Virus record (IMG/VR): IMGVR_UViG_3300034101_006340
Span: 1 to 64,000 of that record
Source of the DNA: a virus
DNA: 64,000 nt
Strand: one strand, 5' to 3'
Position numbers and translations under genes: made by a program
The notes under the pieces: generated by a model
What the model was told of the DNA's origin: nothing
The model's input: the letters and a program-made list of their open reading frames with translations, nothing else
Databases searched by the model: none
Shown here: in pieces, positions 1-9,008 of the stretch
Layout: every line of letters starts with the position of its first letter
Numbering within the stretch: the first letter of the stretch is position 1

Positions 1-33
1 ATGGCTCCAAAAATAATAACCATGGAGAAAAAC

Positions 34-885
34 ATGGCAAAGTTTATTTTTTTAGTTTTATTGTTTATACTTGTTCAATATCCGTCTATGGGAGCGGAAT
101 TTTTTCATAAATTTCATAAAAAATATACCATTAAAAACAATATTAATATGAATACTAGTAGAACAATTTCTGTAGGATTAGTTTTAGTAGACATACCTCA
201 GTATAGAGAACCAAAAACAAATAGACTGTATGATGAAACCCTCTCTTATTCAAAAAGCGTTCCTTTTGGAGACGAACACGGAAGAAGTACAAATGTTCAT
301 GAAACTGTTCATGGAATAAATAATCAATTAAGAAATCAGTACAAAATACAACTTAAAAAAAATATAAATGGTTTTTATGCTGGTCATGGTCGTGGAATTA
401 TTATAGAAAATCCTAAATTAACAATAAGAGATATTATACCATATATTCCAAATAGTGTTAGAGGATATCGATTTAATTTATATTTTGTTCAACAATTAGG
501 CGATTGGAATGATGTTCCAACATATCCAATAGATGAATGGACAGCATATATTGCTGGGGCTGAATGTGCTGTTGATGATATAAGAAATGGTCTAGAAATT
601 CCCAAATCCGATTACGTATCTGGATCATTAGAATTTAGCATTTACTGTACAGTTTTGGCTATGGTGGTATCTAAAAAAGATAGAGAATACTGGAATACTA
701 ATGAGCAGTTTAGGAATGCCATACAATATTTTTTAATAAAAGCAGAAAAAGTTTTTAATGAAGGACAGGACTCATTTCCATCAGATAGACAAGACAAATT
801 GTTATTTAATTTAAGAAATGAAGAATCTACTAAGGAACTGAGAGATTTTTTAATAAAAGAATTTCAAGGAGTATTTGTAGACTGA
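34..885 (+). CDS. Exported zincin-like metallopeptidase (putative)
   Basis: Hydrophobic N-terminus (MAKFIFLVLLFILVQ) after GGAG; HETVH (HExxH) plus downstream DEWTAY glutamate. Confidence 0.5.
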   Translation: MAKFIFLVLLFILVQYPSMGAEFFHKFHKKYTIKNNINMNTSRTISVGLVLVDIPQYREPKTNRLYDETLSYSKSVPFGDEHGRSTNVHETVHGINNQLRNQYKIQLKKNINGFYAGHGRGIIIENPKLTIRDIIPYIPNSVRGYRFNLYFVQQLGDWNDVPTYPIDEWTAYIAGAECAVDDIRNGLEIPKSDYVSGSLEFSIYCTVLAMVVSKKDREYWNTNEQFRNAIQYFLIKAEKVFNEGQDSFPSDRQDKLLFNLRNEESTKELRDFLIKEFQGVFVD

Positions 886-928
886 ATATTTGTGTATCAA
901 AGCATTCAAAAAAAATCAAGTTCGACTG

Positions 929-957
929 TTGACAACGCCGATACAGGTATGTATAAT
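929..957 (+). promoter_or_regulatory. Perfect consensus sigma70 promoter
   Basis: TTGACA (929-934), 17 nt, TATAAT (952-957), intergenic upstream of ATG 1036. Confidence 0.9.
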
Positions 958-1035
958 CAAAGTACGAGGCAAGTTAAAATTGGTCGAGTGACTAAGGCTT
1001 GTTTCGGTTGGTTAGGATTATTTGGAGGATTTATC

Positions 1036-1320
1036 ATGGCTGAAGTTACTACGGTTGAGAAGCAGACTAGAGTTCGTTGCTCTGATGAGCAGTTTCTTGA
1101 GGCAGTTTTTTCGTCTAAGACATATGCAGAAATTGCTGATAAGACTGGTCAGAAGGTTGCAAGCACAATGGCTCGATACGCAAGAACCAAGAAGGCTCTT
1201 GCTGAAAAGAACATTACTCTTCCAGAAATGGAGAGGAAGAAGCCCGTTAAGACTGTTGATAGTGTTGACAACATGGCTCAGATTGTTCAGCGTTTAAAGA
1301 GCCATCACACTAATCAGTAA
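1036..1320 (+). CDS. Small basic putative HTH DNA-binding protein
   Basis: GGAGG 7-8 nt before ATG 1036; SSKTYAEIADKTGQKVASTMARY is HTH-like. Confidence 0.6.
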   Translation: MAEVTTVEKQTRVRCSDEQFLEAVFSSKTYAEIADKTGQKVASTMARYARTKKALAEKNITLPEMERKKPVKTVDSVDNMAQIVQRLKSHHTNQ

Positions 1321-1333
1321 TCCTATAAAGGAA

Positions 1334-1418
1334 ACAATAACCCGCACACCACCATATTGGACACAGGCTCAACCTCCAAAAAATCCTGTGGTTCATATGT
1401 GTGGTTGTGGGTTGTTGT
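1334..1418 (+). ncRNA. Long imperfect RNA hairpin (about 32 bp stem, 17 nt loop)
   Basis: 1334-1367 pairs with 1385-1418 using several G-U pairs. Confidence 0.6.
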
Positions 1419-1427
1419 ATTTTTACT

Positions 1428-1646
1428 ATGAACGCATATTTTAATATAGCTAGAGCTAGAAACAATAGCGAACATATTCCCAGACTTGGTGAAGTATTTC
1501 TATATGAAATAAAACATGAAGTATGGGATACTCGTATTGGAGACGGTAAAACGATGGCAAAAGATTTGCCTAGTTACTATGATATCTATAGTAGAATTCA
1601 AAAAATAGAACAAGAGATAAAAAATATAAAGAATAATATATGCTAA
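1428..1646 (+). CDS. Hypothetical protein
   Basis: ORF in tightly packed run; start trimmed to ATG 1428 past the hairpin. Confidence 0.55.
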   Translation: MNAYFNIARARNNSEHIPRLGEVFLYEIKHEVWDTRIGDGKTMAKDLPSYYDIYSRIQKIEQEIKNIKNNIC

Positions 1647-1894
1647 ATAAAGTTGCTAACCCTATAGACGCTATCATAGACTTCGCTATATCTGCTGGTG
1701 CAGATACTTTTTGGATTAATAATGCCAAAGACGAACTTAAAAAACTTAGAGAAATAAAACAGATAGAAATATTACCAGTTGCTTATGCAAAAATAAACGA
1801 CAGAGGAGACTTATACGATTTAAGACTACAAAACAATCCATATAATGATCAAACAAAAATTGTTCCACTTTATAGGATAAATACTAATGACTAA
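1640..1894 (+). CDS. Hypothetical protein
   Basis: Overlap-coupled ORF. Confidence 0.65.
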   Translation: MLNKVANPIDAIIDFAISAGADTFWINNAKDELKKLREIKQIEILPVAYAKINDRGDLYDLRLQNNPYNDQTKIVPLYRINTND

Positions 1895-2204
1895 TACTTT
1901 ATGTAATGGACGAGTAAAGAATAATAATCCAAAGTCTCCCATAGAATACTTTGAACTTGTTACTGTTAGAGAATTTAGTGATTATGAAGGTGGAACATTT
2001 ATTGATGAGATTACTAGTGCAGAGCAATTTCTTGACACAGAGGATGAGGCTTTAGATGATCCATTCTATCAAATATATGGTATTAGATATAAGAACGATC
2101 CAAAAACCGATACTATATTTTTGGGAGAGTTTTACTCTTTAGATAAAGCCAGAAACTTTCTTTTTAATCTGACCGGAGAAATTTCTCAGATTATTTCTTA
2201 CTAA
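1887..2204 (+). CDS. Hypothetical acidic protein
   Basis: Overlap-coupled ORF. Confidence 0.65.
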   Translation: MTNTLCNGRVKNNNPKSPIEYFELVTVREFSDYEGGTFIDEITSAEQFLDTEDEALDDPFYQIYGIRYKNDPKTDTIFLGEFYSLDKARNFLFNLTGEISQIISY

Positions 2205-2205
2205 A

Positions 2206-2736
2206 ATGATCAATACCGACTATCTAATAGACTATTCTGGATGGTTCGACGAGGGAGGATACTGTCAAGTGTATCCCATTAAAAACCAAGATGGTTGGGT
2301 TTTCAAAGAATTTAAGAACAAAAAGAAAGCACAGCAATCATATAAATATCAGAAACGATTATCAAAGTTTGATCTTGCTCCCCAGATTTATAGTAAAATT
2401 TGTAGATTAGAATTTGCTGAAGACGATGGATTATTTTTTACAGAACCTAGTTATTGGGGATATATTACAGAAAAAGCATATCCTGTAAAACATAATTCTT
2501 TTTCCATGAGACAGATACAAAATCTAGTAGATAATATCTATATAAAAACTGGTCTAAAATTTTGGGACTGCCATTGGTATAATGTTGGGTCTGTGATTAG
2601 GCTATCAAAAAAAACAATAGTTTGTATCGATACTGGCGCAGAAAGTTTTGATGGTTATAGTAATGCATGGGGTAATCCTGATCCCGGTCCAAAATGTTCG
2701 TATTGTCTTAAATATGCTTGTAATTGCGAGGAATAA
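2206..2736 (+). CDS. Minimal protein-kinase-like (ePK/APH/RIO fold) protein
   Basis: DEGGYCQVY Gly loop, VFKEF lysine, DCHWYN catalytic loop, CIDTG (DFG equivalent), C-terminal Cys cluster. Confidence 0.65.
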   Translation: MINTDYLIDYSGWFDEGGYCQVYPIKNQDGWVFKEFKNKKKAQQSYKYQKRLSKFDLAPQIYSKICRLEFAEDDGLFFTEPSYWGYITEKAYPVKHNSFSMRQIQNLVDNIYIKTGLKFWDCHWYNVGSVIRLSKKTIVCIDTGAESFDGYSNAWGNPDPGPKCSYCLKYACNCEE

Positions 2737-2741
2737 TATTT

Positions 2742-3047
2742 ATGCCATATATCAAAGAAGAAGATCGCACCAATTTAGACGATTGTATCAATGAAATGAT
2801 AAGATGTATTGGAGATAATAAATCTCTTGATGATAATGATTTTTTACTAACTGCTGGAAAGATTAACTATTCTTTCAGTCGTATTGTGGCTGGTATTATG
2901 GGTTCTACATCATACGCCAAAATAGCAATCATAACTGGTGTATTAGAGAATATTAAGCAAGAATTTTATCGAAGGATAGCCTCTCCTTATGAGGATTTGA
3001 AAATTGTACAAAATGGTGATATAAAGGAGTATAAGAGGTTAAGCTAA
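2742..3047 (+). CDS. Conserved phage protein (DUF6899-like)
   Basis: MPYIKEEDR...INY...EFYRRIASPYED.KI..NGD pattern. Confidence 0.6.
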   Translation: MPYIKEEDRTNLDDCINEMIRCIGDNKSLDDNDFLLTAGKINYSFSRIVAGIMGSTSYAKIAIITGVLENIKQEFYRRIASPYEDLKIVQNGDIKEYKRLS

Positions 3048-3048
3048 G

Positions 3049-3366
3049 ATGCCAAAAAATATTGATGATATATTCAAAGAAATTTCTAAGCTACAAAAAG
3101 AAGTAGCTTCTATAGAAAATAAATTAACAAAACTAATATCTGATCAATTTATTGACTTAAAAAGATCGTTAAAATTCATGGATAGAAAAATATCCGATAT
3201 ATCAAATAAAGTACAAGAATTTGAAATCATAATGGACGCTGCTGAAATTATAGAAGATCATATGGAAGAAGAAGAAAATAAATATAATTCAGAATGGGAT
3301 CCTTATGACGATGATAACTACGAATCAGAGCCATATGAAGAATATAATGATGAGGAAGATGATTGA
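3049..3366 (+). CDS. Coiled-coil protein with acidic tail
   Basis: Heptad-like N-terminal half, D/E/Y-rich C-terminus. Confidence 0.65.
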   Translation: MPKNIDDIFKEISKLQKEVASIENKLTKLISDQFIDLKRSLKFMDRKISDISNKVQEFEIIMDAAEIIEDHMEEEENKYNSEWDPYDDDNYESEPYEEYNDEEDD

Positions 3367-3611
3367 TGGCTAGCCTAGCTTTAGTGGCGACGGTTATTAT
3401 GTTGTTTACGTTGTTAGTTGGACCGATTACTTATTTACTAGCAAGAATAGGTTGTCCAAAAATCATAGTTTATCTTTTATCCTTATTGTGTTTTTTTACT
3501 GGAATAAATATGTGCTTATTAGCAATTCCTATATGGTATATAGGATTAATACCAATCTACTTTGGATATATTAGCATAACACGGGTCAGCAAAAAAGAAA
3601 CTCAAGCTTGA
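3366..3611 (+). CDS. Small membrane protein
   Basis: About three hydrophobic segments; TGATG coupling to previous gene. Confidence 0.65.
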   Translation: MASLALVATVIMLFTLLVGPITYLLARIGCPKIIVYLLSLLCFFTGINMCLLAIPIWYIGLIPIYFGYISITRVSKKETQA

Positions 3612-3636
3612 CAAGCACGATTGCCGATAGTATACT
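3608..3636 (+). promoter_or_regulatory. Sigma70 promoter for the rIIA-rIIB operon
   Basis: TTGACA (3608-3613), 17 nt, TATACT (3631-3636). Confidence 0.85.
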
Positions 3637-3676
3637 TGGGAGATCACAGGAAACTTGAACCTTTTGGAGACTTTCG

Positions 3677-6331
3677 ATGAAACTTGCAGATAGAACAGTT
3701 GAAATTCATAGCAGGGGTCTTGAGAGCAGTAATCAATTTACTATCGCTCAGACCAGCAAAATGTTTAAAATCCTTTCGGATTCTCTGTATTCCGATAAGG
3801 TTATGGCAGTTATTCGTGAGCTTTCTACAAATGGTTATGATGCTCATATCGCTGCTGGCAACAAAAATCCTTTTAAGGTAACTTTGCCAACACAAGCTAA
3901 TCCTAATTTTATTGTTCGTGACTTTGGTACTGGTCTTAGTCAAAAAGATATGGAAGAACTGTATACAACATACGGAGCTTCTAATAAAAACGATAGTAAT
4001 GATTTTGTGGGCTGCCTTGGTCTTGGTAGTAAGAGTCCATTTGCTTATACAAAGAGCTTCAGTACAACTTCTTATTACAATGGCAAGAGATATGCATATA
4101 TTGCAGCTATGGATGAGAGCGGGGTTCCTAGTCTAAATCTTTTTGGAATCACAGACACTACTGAACCAAATGGTCTTGAGATTAGTTTTGCTGTTAAGCA
4201 GCATGACTTTCATGAGTTTGCCAATAAATCCAAGAGGATTTTCCACTACTTCAAGATGAAGCCCATTATTGAAGGTGGTACGGATACTTCTATGACAGAT
4301 CATTCGTATTCTCATTATAATATTGTAATTGAGGGTAACGGATGGAAGATCGGGCGCATTTCCAATAATAATAATCAATATCCTAGTGCATACAATAATG
4401 CAGGAAGTGGCATCATTGCTATTATGGGTAATATTGCATACCCTGTTGATACCAATAAGATTATTGGTGAAGAAAAAGAAATTGAAAATGACGCTATTCA
4501 GAAGTGGAATAGAACTTTCAAGAAAGCTGACGTTGATAATTGGAAGAATCTAGTCAAAGAGGTTCTTGGAGCTGGTCTATATCTTGAAATCCAATTTAAC
4601 ATTGGCGAATTGGAGATGGACGTTAGTAGAGAAGGTCTACAGTATACCAAGCAGGTTATTAAGAACTTGCGTGATAAGACTCAGCAAATTTATCTTTCTC
4701 TGAAGGAAGATATGAGTAAGAAGCTTGAACAGTGTACAAATCTTGTAGATGCTTATACTACATACTATAATCTGAGTGATCTTGCTGGTGGTTGGACTGC
4801 TGGTGCATCTTGGACTGATCCAGATGGTAAAGTTCACGAACTTAGCAGTGGCAAAGACCTTGAGTATAAATTCAAGAAAAGCAAGCAACTCTATATTTTT
4901 AATTGGAGAAGTGCTGGATATCGATCCCGTCGCTTGATTTATCTTACCGATAAGGTTCATCACGAAACCTTGCAGGGCAAGCCCGCATATTATTGGAGTA
5001 ATGAGAAGAAGTCTGGAAAGATGGTATTTTTCCGCTCCGACGTTAGGGGTGCTGAAACTGCTAAAAAGATTGTAACTAAGTATTGCAATCAAAATGATTG
5101 TTTTGCTTATCTTATGATCGATAGTGATACTCCAGAAGATTCCACTGAGGGTTTTGATGATCTAATTAAGCACATTGGTGGAGAAACTAATGTGGTCAAT
5201 GTGTCTGATTATCGTAGTCTATTGGCTACTGGAACCCGTCAGAGTAGAGGTTCTACTGGCACCATTAGTAAGGACGAGATTTTTGCTATCAACCATTTGG
5301 GTGCAGATAAGGGCTGTAAATCATTGGGTGGCAATGATCTTAATCATTCAAGCTATCTCAAGGAATTGTCTGAGGATCTTGTAGAGTATCTGGAAGATGA
5401 AGACAATGAGATTGTTTATATCCCAATTATGAGATACGCATCTGTATCAGGATATCCTGCTATTAATAAAATTGTCGAACTGGCTCAGGATGATCATTCT
5501 GTGATCGGAAAGAAGTTATTTGATAATCAGAAGATTTTTGCAATCAAGCAAAGCTCTGTTGAAAAGATCAAGAAGGACGGAATAAATCTAGTATCTTTTA
5601 ATGAGTGGTTTAAGAAGTGGGTTCAAAAGATTGCTAATAAGCTATCTGATAGTGTGTCGGTATACAATAATGTCATCGACTACTGCAAGAAAGAGTTTGA
5701 AAGCAATGATCCTACTTTTAGTAGTAATGGATATTATTATGGATGTAAGCAATCAGATAGGCAGATAATGTACCATATCTTTAATATCTTTGGTCTTGAT
5801 TATGCCAAGCATATTAAGAACAATAATATGATTAGTCTTATCGACCAGTGGTTGCTTATAGAATTTTTTGCTGATACTATCAATCATGATGAGTTTAATA
5901 TCAAACGATTCGATAAGAATGAATACTTTACTAAGATGACAACTATTTTAGCTCAATATGGTATGAACGGACTTGATCCGTCTAAGATTAGAAGTAACTA
6001 TATCGCTCTAAAGCATCTTAATCATCGATTGACTAGTATTTATGGTGAAGAACACAATCCTATTAGTAATAGTCTCTCAAATAAGACTGAATCCAAGATA
6101 GTGTCTCAACTACCAAAAATGAGCGAGTTGAGAAAAAATCTTAAAGACGAGGTTGACAGAGTGCCGATGTTCAAGTATATTGTAGGAGCGAACGAGAACA
6201 ATGGAAACATCAGAAGTATCACTAGTCAGAATCCCATAAGGGCTTTTGACAACGGATACAGAGGCAAGCCAGAATGGACGAATAAGATTGATACTGACGG
6301 TCTTAGAACAAGTTTGGGTGGTTTGATTTAA
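3677..6331 (+). CDS. rIIA: RIIA-like protein (N-terminal GHKL ATPase)
   Basis: LYSDK..AVIRELSTNGYDAH, DFGTGLS, GCLGLGSKSPFAY; immediately upstream of rIIB. Confidence 0.85.
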   Translation: MKLADRTVEIHSRGLESSNQFTIAQTSKMFKILSDSLYSDKVMAVIRELSTNGYDAHIAAGNKNPFKVTLPTQANPNFIVRDFGTGLSQKDMEELYTTYGASNKNDSNDFVGCLGLGSKSPFAYTKSFSTTSYYNGKRYAYIAAMDESGVPSLNLFGITDTTEPNGLEISFAVKQHDFHEFANKSKRIFHYFKMKPIIEGGTDTSMTDHSYSHYNIVIEGNGWKIGRISNNNNQYPSAYNNAGSGIIAIMGNIAYPVDTNKIIGEEKEIENDAIQKWNRTFKKADVDNWKNLVKEVLGAGLYLEIQFNIGELEMDVSREGLQYTKQVIKNLRDKTQQIYLSLKEDMSKKLEQCTNLVDAYTTYYNLSDLAGGWTAGASWTDPDGKVHELSSGKDLEYKFKKSKQLYIFNWRSAGYRSRRLIYLTDKVHHETLQGKPAYYWSNEKKSGKMVFFRSDVRGAETAKKIVTKYCNQNDCFAYLMIDSDTPEDSTEGFDDLIKHIGGETNVVNVSDYRSLLATGTRQSRGSTGTISKDEIFAINHLGADKGCKSLGGNDLNHSSYLKELSEDLVEYLEDEDNEIVYIPIMRYASVSGYPAINKIVELAQDDHSVIGKKLFDNQKIFAIKQSSVEKIKKDGINLVSFNEWFKKWVQKIANKLSDSVSVYNNVIDYCKKEFESNDPTFSSNGYYYGCKQSDRQIMYHIFNIFGLDYAKHIKNNNMISLIDQWLLIEFFADTINHDEFNIKRFDKNEYFTKMTTILAQYGMNGLDPSKIRSNYIALKHLNHRLTSIYGEEHNPISNSLSNKTESKIVSQLPKMSELRKNLKDEVDRVPMFKYIVGANENNGNIRSITSQNPIRAFDNGYRGKPEWTNKIDTDGLRTSLGGLI

Positions 6332-6356
6332 TTTCACAGGAAACAGGAGAAAAATT

Positions 6357-7214
6357 ATGAGTGTTCCTTTTATGTGGGTTGATGGTAATTTGACGCTGAT
6401 CCTTAACAATAAGGCTCATCAAGTTCTTCCAGATCATATTAATTATCGATTGATTCTGGAGGTTCTTCCAACTGCTACCAATGATGAGTTGGCAGAGTTG
6501 GTTGACATTGAAAAGGCTGTCGCTAATTTTAGTCAGGGATTGGTTGAGGTCAAGAATGGTAAGGTGTTTTATCAGGGTGAGGAAGTCCATGGTAGCATCA
6601 GCAAGCGTATTCTGGAGTTTATGAGCAAAGGTCTGCCTTTTCAGCCCCTTGTTAATTTTCTGAATAATCTCATGGAAAATCCCAGTATGCAGAGTCAAAA
6701 GGAACTGTATGATTTCTTGGAGCATGAACTACTGCCGATTACTGAGGATGGTCATTTCTTGGCCTATAAGGCAGTTCGTAGTGATTTTATGGATAAGTAT
6801 CGTGGCACTTTTGATAATCACGTTGGCAAGGTTTGTGAAATGCAACGAGCGAAGGTTGATGATAATCGATCTGTTGGTTGTTCGCAAGGGCTTCATGCTG
6901 GTGCATTAAACTACGTTGCTAATTATGGCAGCGTTGATTCTGGGGATAAGATTGTGATTGTTAAGATTAATCCAAAAGATGTAGTCAGTGTTCCTAGTGA
7001 TTGTAATTGTGAGAAACTTCGTACCTGCCGATATGAAGTAGTCGGTGAGTATCAGGGCGAACTTCTCAAGCCTCTTTATAAGAGTGACTTTAGTGAAGAT
7101 GAATACTATGATGAGGATGAAGATCTTCATGACGAGTATGATGATACTTACTGGGATCAGTTTGATGAGGACGATGAGGATGAAGAAGATTATGATCCTG
7201 ACCAGGATTATTGA
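6357..7214 (+). CDS. rIIB: RIIB-like protein with acidic tail
   Basis: LPITEDGHFLAYKAV, CSQGLHAG, VKINPKDVVSVPSD, RTCRYEVV. Confidence 0.9.
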   Translation: MSVPFMWVDGNLTLILNNKAHQVLPDHINYRLILEVLPTATNDELAELVDIEKAVANFSQGLVEVKNGKVFYQGEEVHGSISKRILEFMSKGLPFQPLVNFLNNLMENPSMQSQKELYDFLEHELLPITEDGHFLAYKAVRSDFMDKYRGTFDNHVGKVCEMQRAKVDDNRSVGCSQGLHAGALNYVANYGSVDSGDKIVIVKINPKDVVSVPSDCNCEKLRTCRYEVVGEYQGELLKPLYKSDFSEDEYYDEDEDLHDEYDDTYWDQFDEDDEDEEDYDPDQDY

Positions 7215-7218
7215 TCGA

Positions 7219-7313
7219 TAGTGGATTTGGTCGCCGTAAAAAGCGACAGGAAGAAGATGGGCCGCTGGGCGGATACTAGTTAAAGAGTGGTTCGATTCCA
7301 CTACCATCTTTTT
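7219..7313 (+). ncRNA. tRNA-like structured RNA lacking an anticodon arm, possibly also a terminator
   Basis: T-arm AGTGG-TTCGATT-CCACT (7286-7302), stem AAGATGG/CCATCTT, hairpins GTCGC/GCGAC and CCGC/GCGG, T-run. Confidence 0.5.
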
Positions 7314-7401
7314 AAATAGGATGTTGATACTGATAAGTCATGTGATTTATCCCGGCATCTCTATAAAGTTGGTAGATAGAGGTATAGGAAAAGGAAATAA
7401 T

Positions 7402-8529
7402 ATGTTTAGCGACGAACTGGGTTTTAATCCGTTTGATAAGAACAATCACGTTAATTCATGGCCAACTAAACAGCAAGATAGTTTTCTTGCTTCGTTTAAG
7501 CAAAATAATATTTTTGTTTACAATGGCAATCCTCGCAAGAAGATTAGTAGCATGAATCACACTAACAATCTAAACGAGGCTCTTCAAGCAAATGTAAACA
7601 ACCACTCAGACGTTTACTTCTATGTTAATGGCGGTCGCAAACTTTATGCAATCAAGCAATTTACTTGTTGCTTCTGTGATATGGATGCTGGTCGTGATAC
7701 TGATGGCAAGTATTTCAAGCCAAGTATTGTTGTCACAAAGAAGAAAGCCTTCCTAAAGAAGATCAACGAGTTTCCTGTTAAACCTAGTTGGGTTGTAGAT
7801 ACTCGTAACGGATATCAGTGTTACTGGATTTTTGATGATGCTTCTCGTAAGATTGTGGGTCATAACAAGACTTTTTGGAATGGTCTTCAGAAAAAGCTTG
7901 TGAATTACTTTGATGGTGATCCAAGAGCGATCAAACCTAACCAGATTTATCGTGTTCCTTATACTTGGTGGCGTAAGGAGTGGGAAAAGAAGGCTCCATA
8001 CTTTACCAGTTTGCTTCCCGGTTCAACTGGTCTGCCAATTAATGTTGCTGACTTAAAGACTGCTCTAACGGGCCAGCCTGCTACCCTCCAGATTATTCCT
8101 GAGAAGTGTAGTGATGAATGGTATAAGGGATATGCACAGGCTTATAAGAAGTCTGACGTTACAGGAGTACCAGTATCAGTAAATGTTGCTACTGATATTC
8201 TAAACCAGATGAGAAATGAGGAATCATATGGTACAAAAACAATTTATGGGTATGAACGTGCCTATGGAGATGCTATGCTTGCCGTACCTAGTTATGGAGA
8301 TTTGGACGGGGACGTTGATGGTGATGATACAGACACTCTTGAACCGCTCTCTTTGGGTGTGGCTGGCAAGGATTTAGAACTGGATGGTTCACAGACCAAG
8401 CTTTTAAAGACGGTTGTTGAGTTCCTTAATCAAGTATCTACTCCTCTTTACTTTAGCAATAATCGATTTCTTAGTAGTGCGGCAAAGGACTTGGCTAATC
8501 AACTTAGTGATAAATTTTGTATAGGATAA
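7402..8529 (+). CDS. RepB-like (AEP superfamily) primase domain protein
   Basis: FCDMDAGRD, PSWVVDTRNGYQCYWIF, DGDP...IYRVP; AGGA before ATG 7402. Confidence 0.65.
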   Translation: MFSDELGFNPFDKNNHVNSWPTKQQDSFLASFKQNNIFVYNGNPRKKISSMNHTNNLNEALQANVNNHSDVYFYVNGGRKLYAIKQFTCCFCDMDAGRDTDGKYFKPSIVVTKKKAFLKKINEFPVKPSWVVDTRNGYQCYWIFDDASRKIVGHNKTFWNGLQKKLVNYFDGDPRAIKPNQIYRVPYTWWRKEWEKKAPYFTSLLPGSTGLPINVADLKTALTGQPATLQIIPEKCSDEWYKGYAQAYKKSDVTGVPVSVNVATDILNQMRNEESYGTKTIYGYERAYGDAMLAVPSYGDLDGDVDGDDTDTLEPLSLGVAGKDLELDGSQTKLLKTVVEFLNQVSTPLYFSNNRFLSSAAKDLANQLSDKFCIG

Positions 8530-8540
8530 TCTGCATTAGA

Positions 8541-8550
8541 GGTGTAGAAT
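8541..8550 (+). promoter_or_regulatory. Candidate phage late/middle promoter motif GGTGTA
   Basis: Intergenic GGTGTAGAAT; same core recurs before several genes. Confidence 0.4.
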
Positions 8551-8580
8551 ATTCTTGCCTTTCTAACAGGAGGAGACACA

Positions 8581-9000
8581 ATGCATCAAGAAGATGATAG
8601 TTTTGAAGATGACTATGACTATGACTATGATGATAGTCAAAATAATCTTGATAGTCAGTATAAACACTACTTCAAATTTGATCCAGACGCATGGGACGCT
8701 TGGGGTAAAATGTTATACGATGCATTAAATGATATAGTAGAGGTGTCTCCTCAAACTTGGTATGTTTATGGTTTTCCTGCAAAGTCGTTTCCTGTGAATA
8801 GTTCTTCTCCCAGCACTGGTAAGGGTAAAAAACCCCTCCAGTGTTTGGGGGTTAACTATCAAAATCAACCGATATGGAAAAGTAAGTATTTTATTAATGA
8901 TCCACTATCTATCAAATACTTGAATCATATTAAAAGCCATGCCGTACATTTTGTACTACAACCACATTACTACAAGGGTATGTTCGATATACTGAACTAA
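8581..9000 (+). CDS. Hypothetical protein, acidic N-terminus
   Basis: Strong AGGAGG SD. Confidence 0.7.
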   Translation: MHQEDDSFEDDYDYDYDDSQNNLDSQYKHYFKFDPDAWDAWGKMLYDALNDIVEVSPQTWYVYGFPAKSFPVNSSSPSTGKGKKPLQCLGVNYQNQPIWKSKYFINDPLSIKYLNHIKSHAVHFVLQPHYYKGMFDILN

Positions 9001-9008
9001 ATATTATT

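Noticed and set aside
892-1035. Extended N-terminus of the 142-aa ORF
   Set aside because: Overlaps the perfect promoter; GGAGG supports ATG 1036
1263-1272. TGTTGACAAC repeat of the promoter -35 region inside the HTH gene
   Set aside because: No -10 at proper spacing; a single 10-mer match could be chance
3644-6725. Alternative-frame and antisense ORFs inside rIIA/rIIB
   Set aside because: Shadows of long well-supported genes, with no SD or motifs; the same applies to other nested ORFs in the track
7255-7310. Canonical tRNA gene
   Set aside because: No anticodon stem-loop can be formed between the GC hairpin and the T-arm; reported as tRNA-like instead
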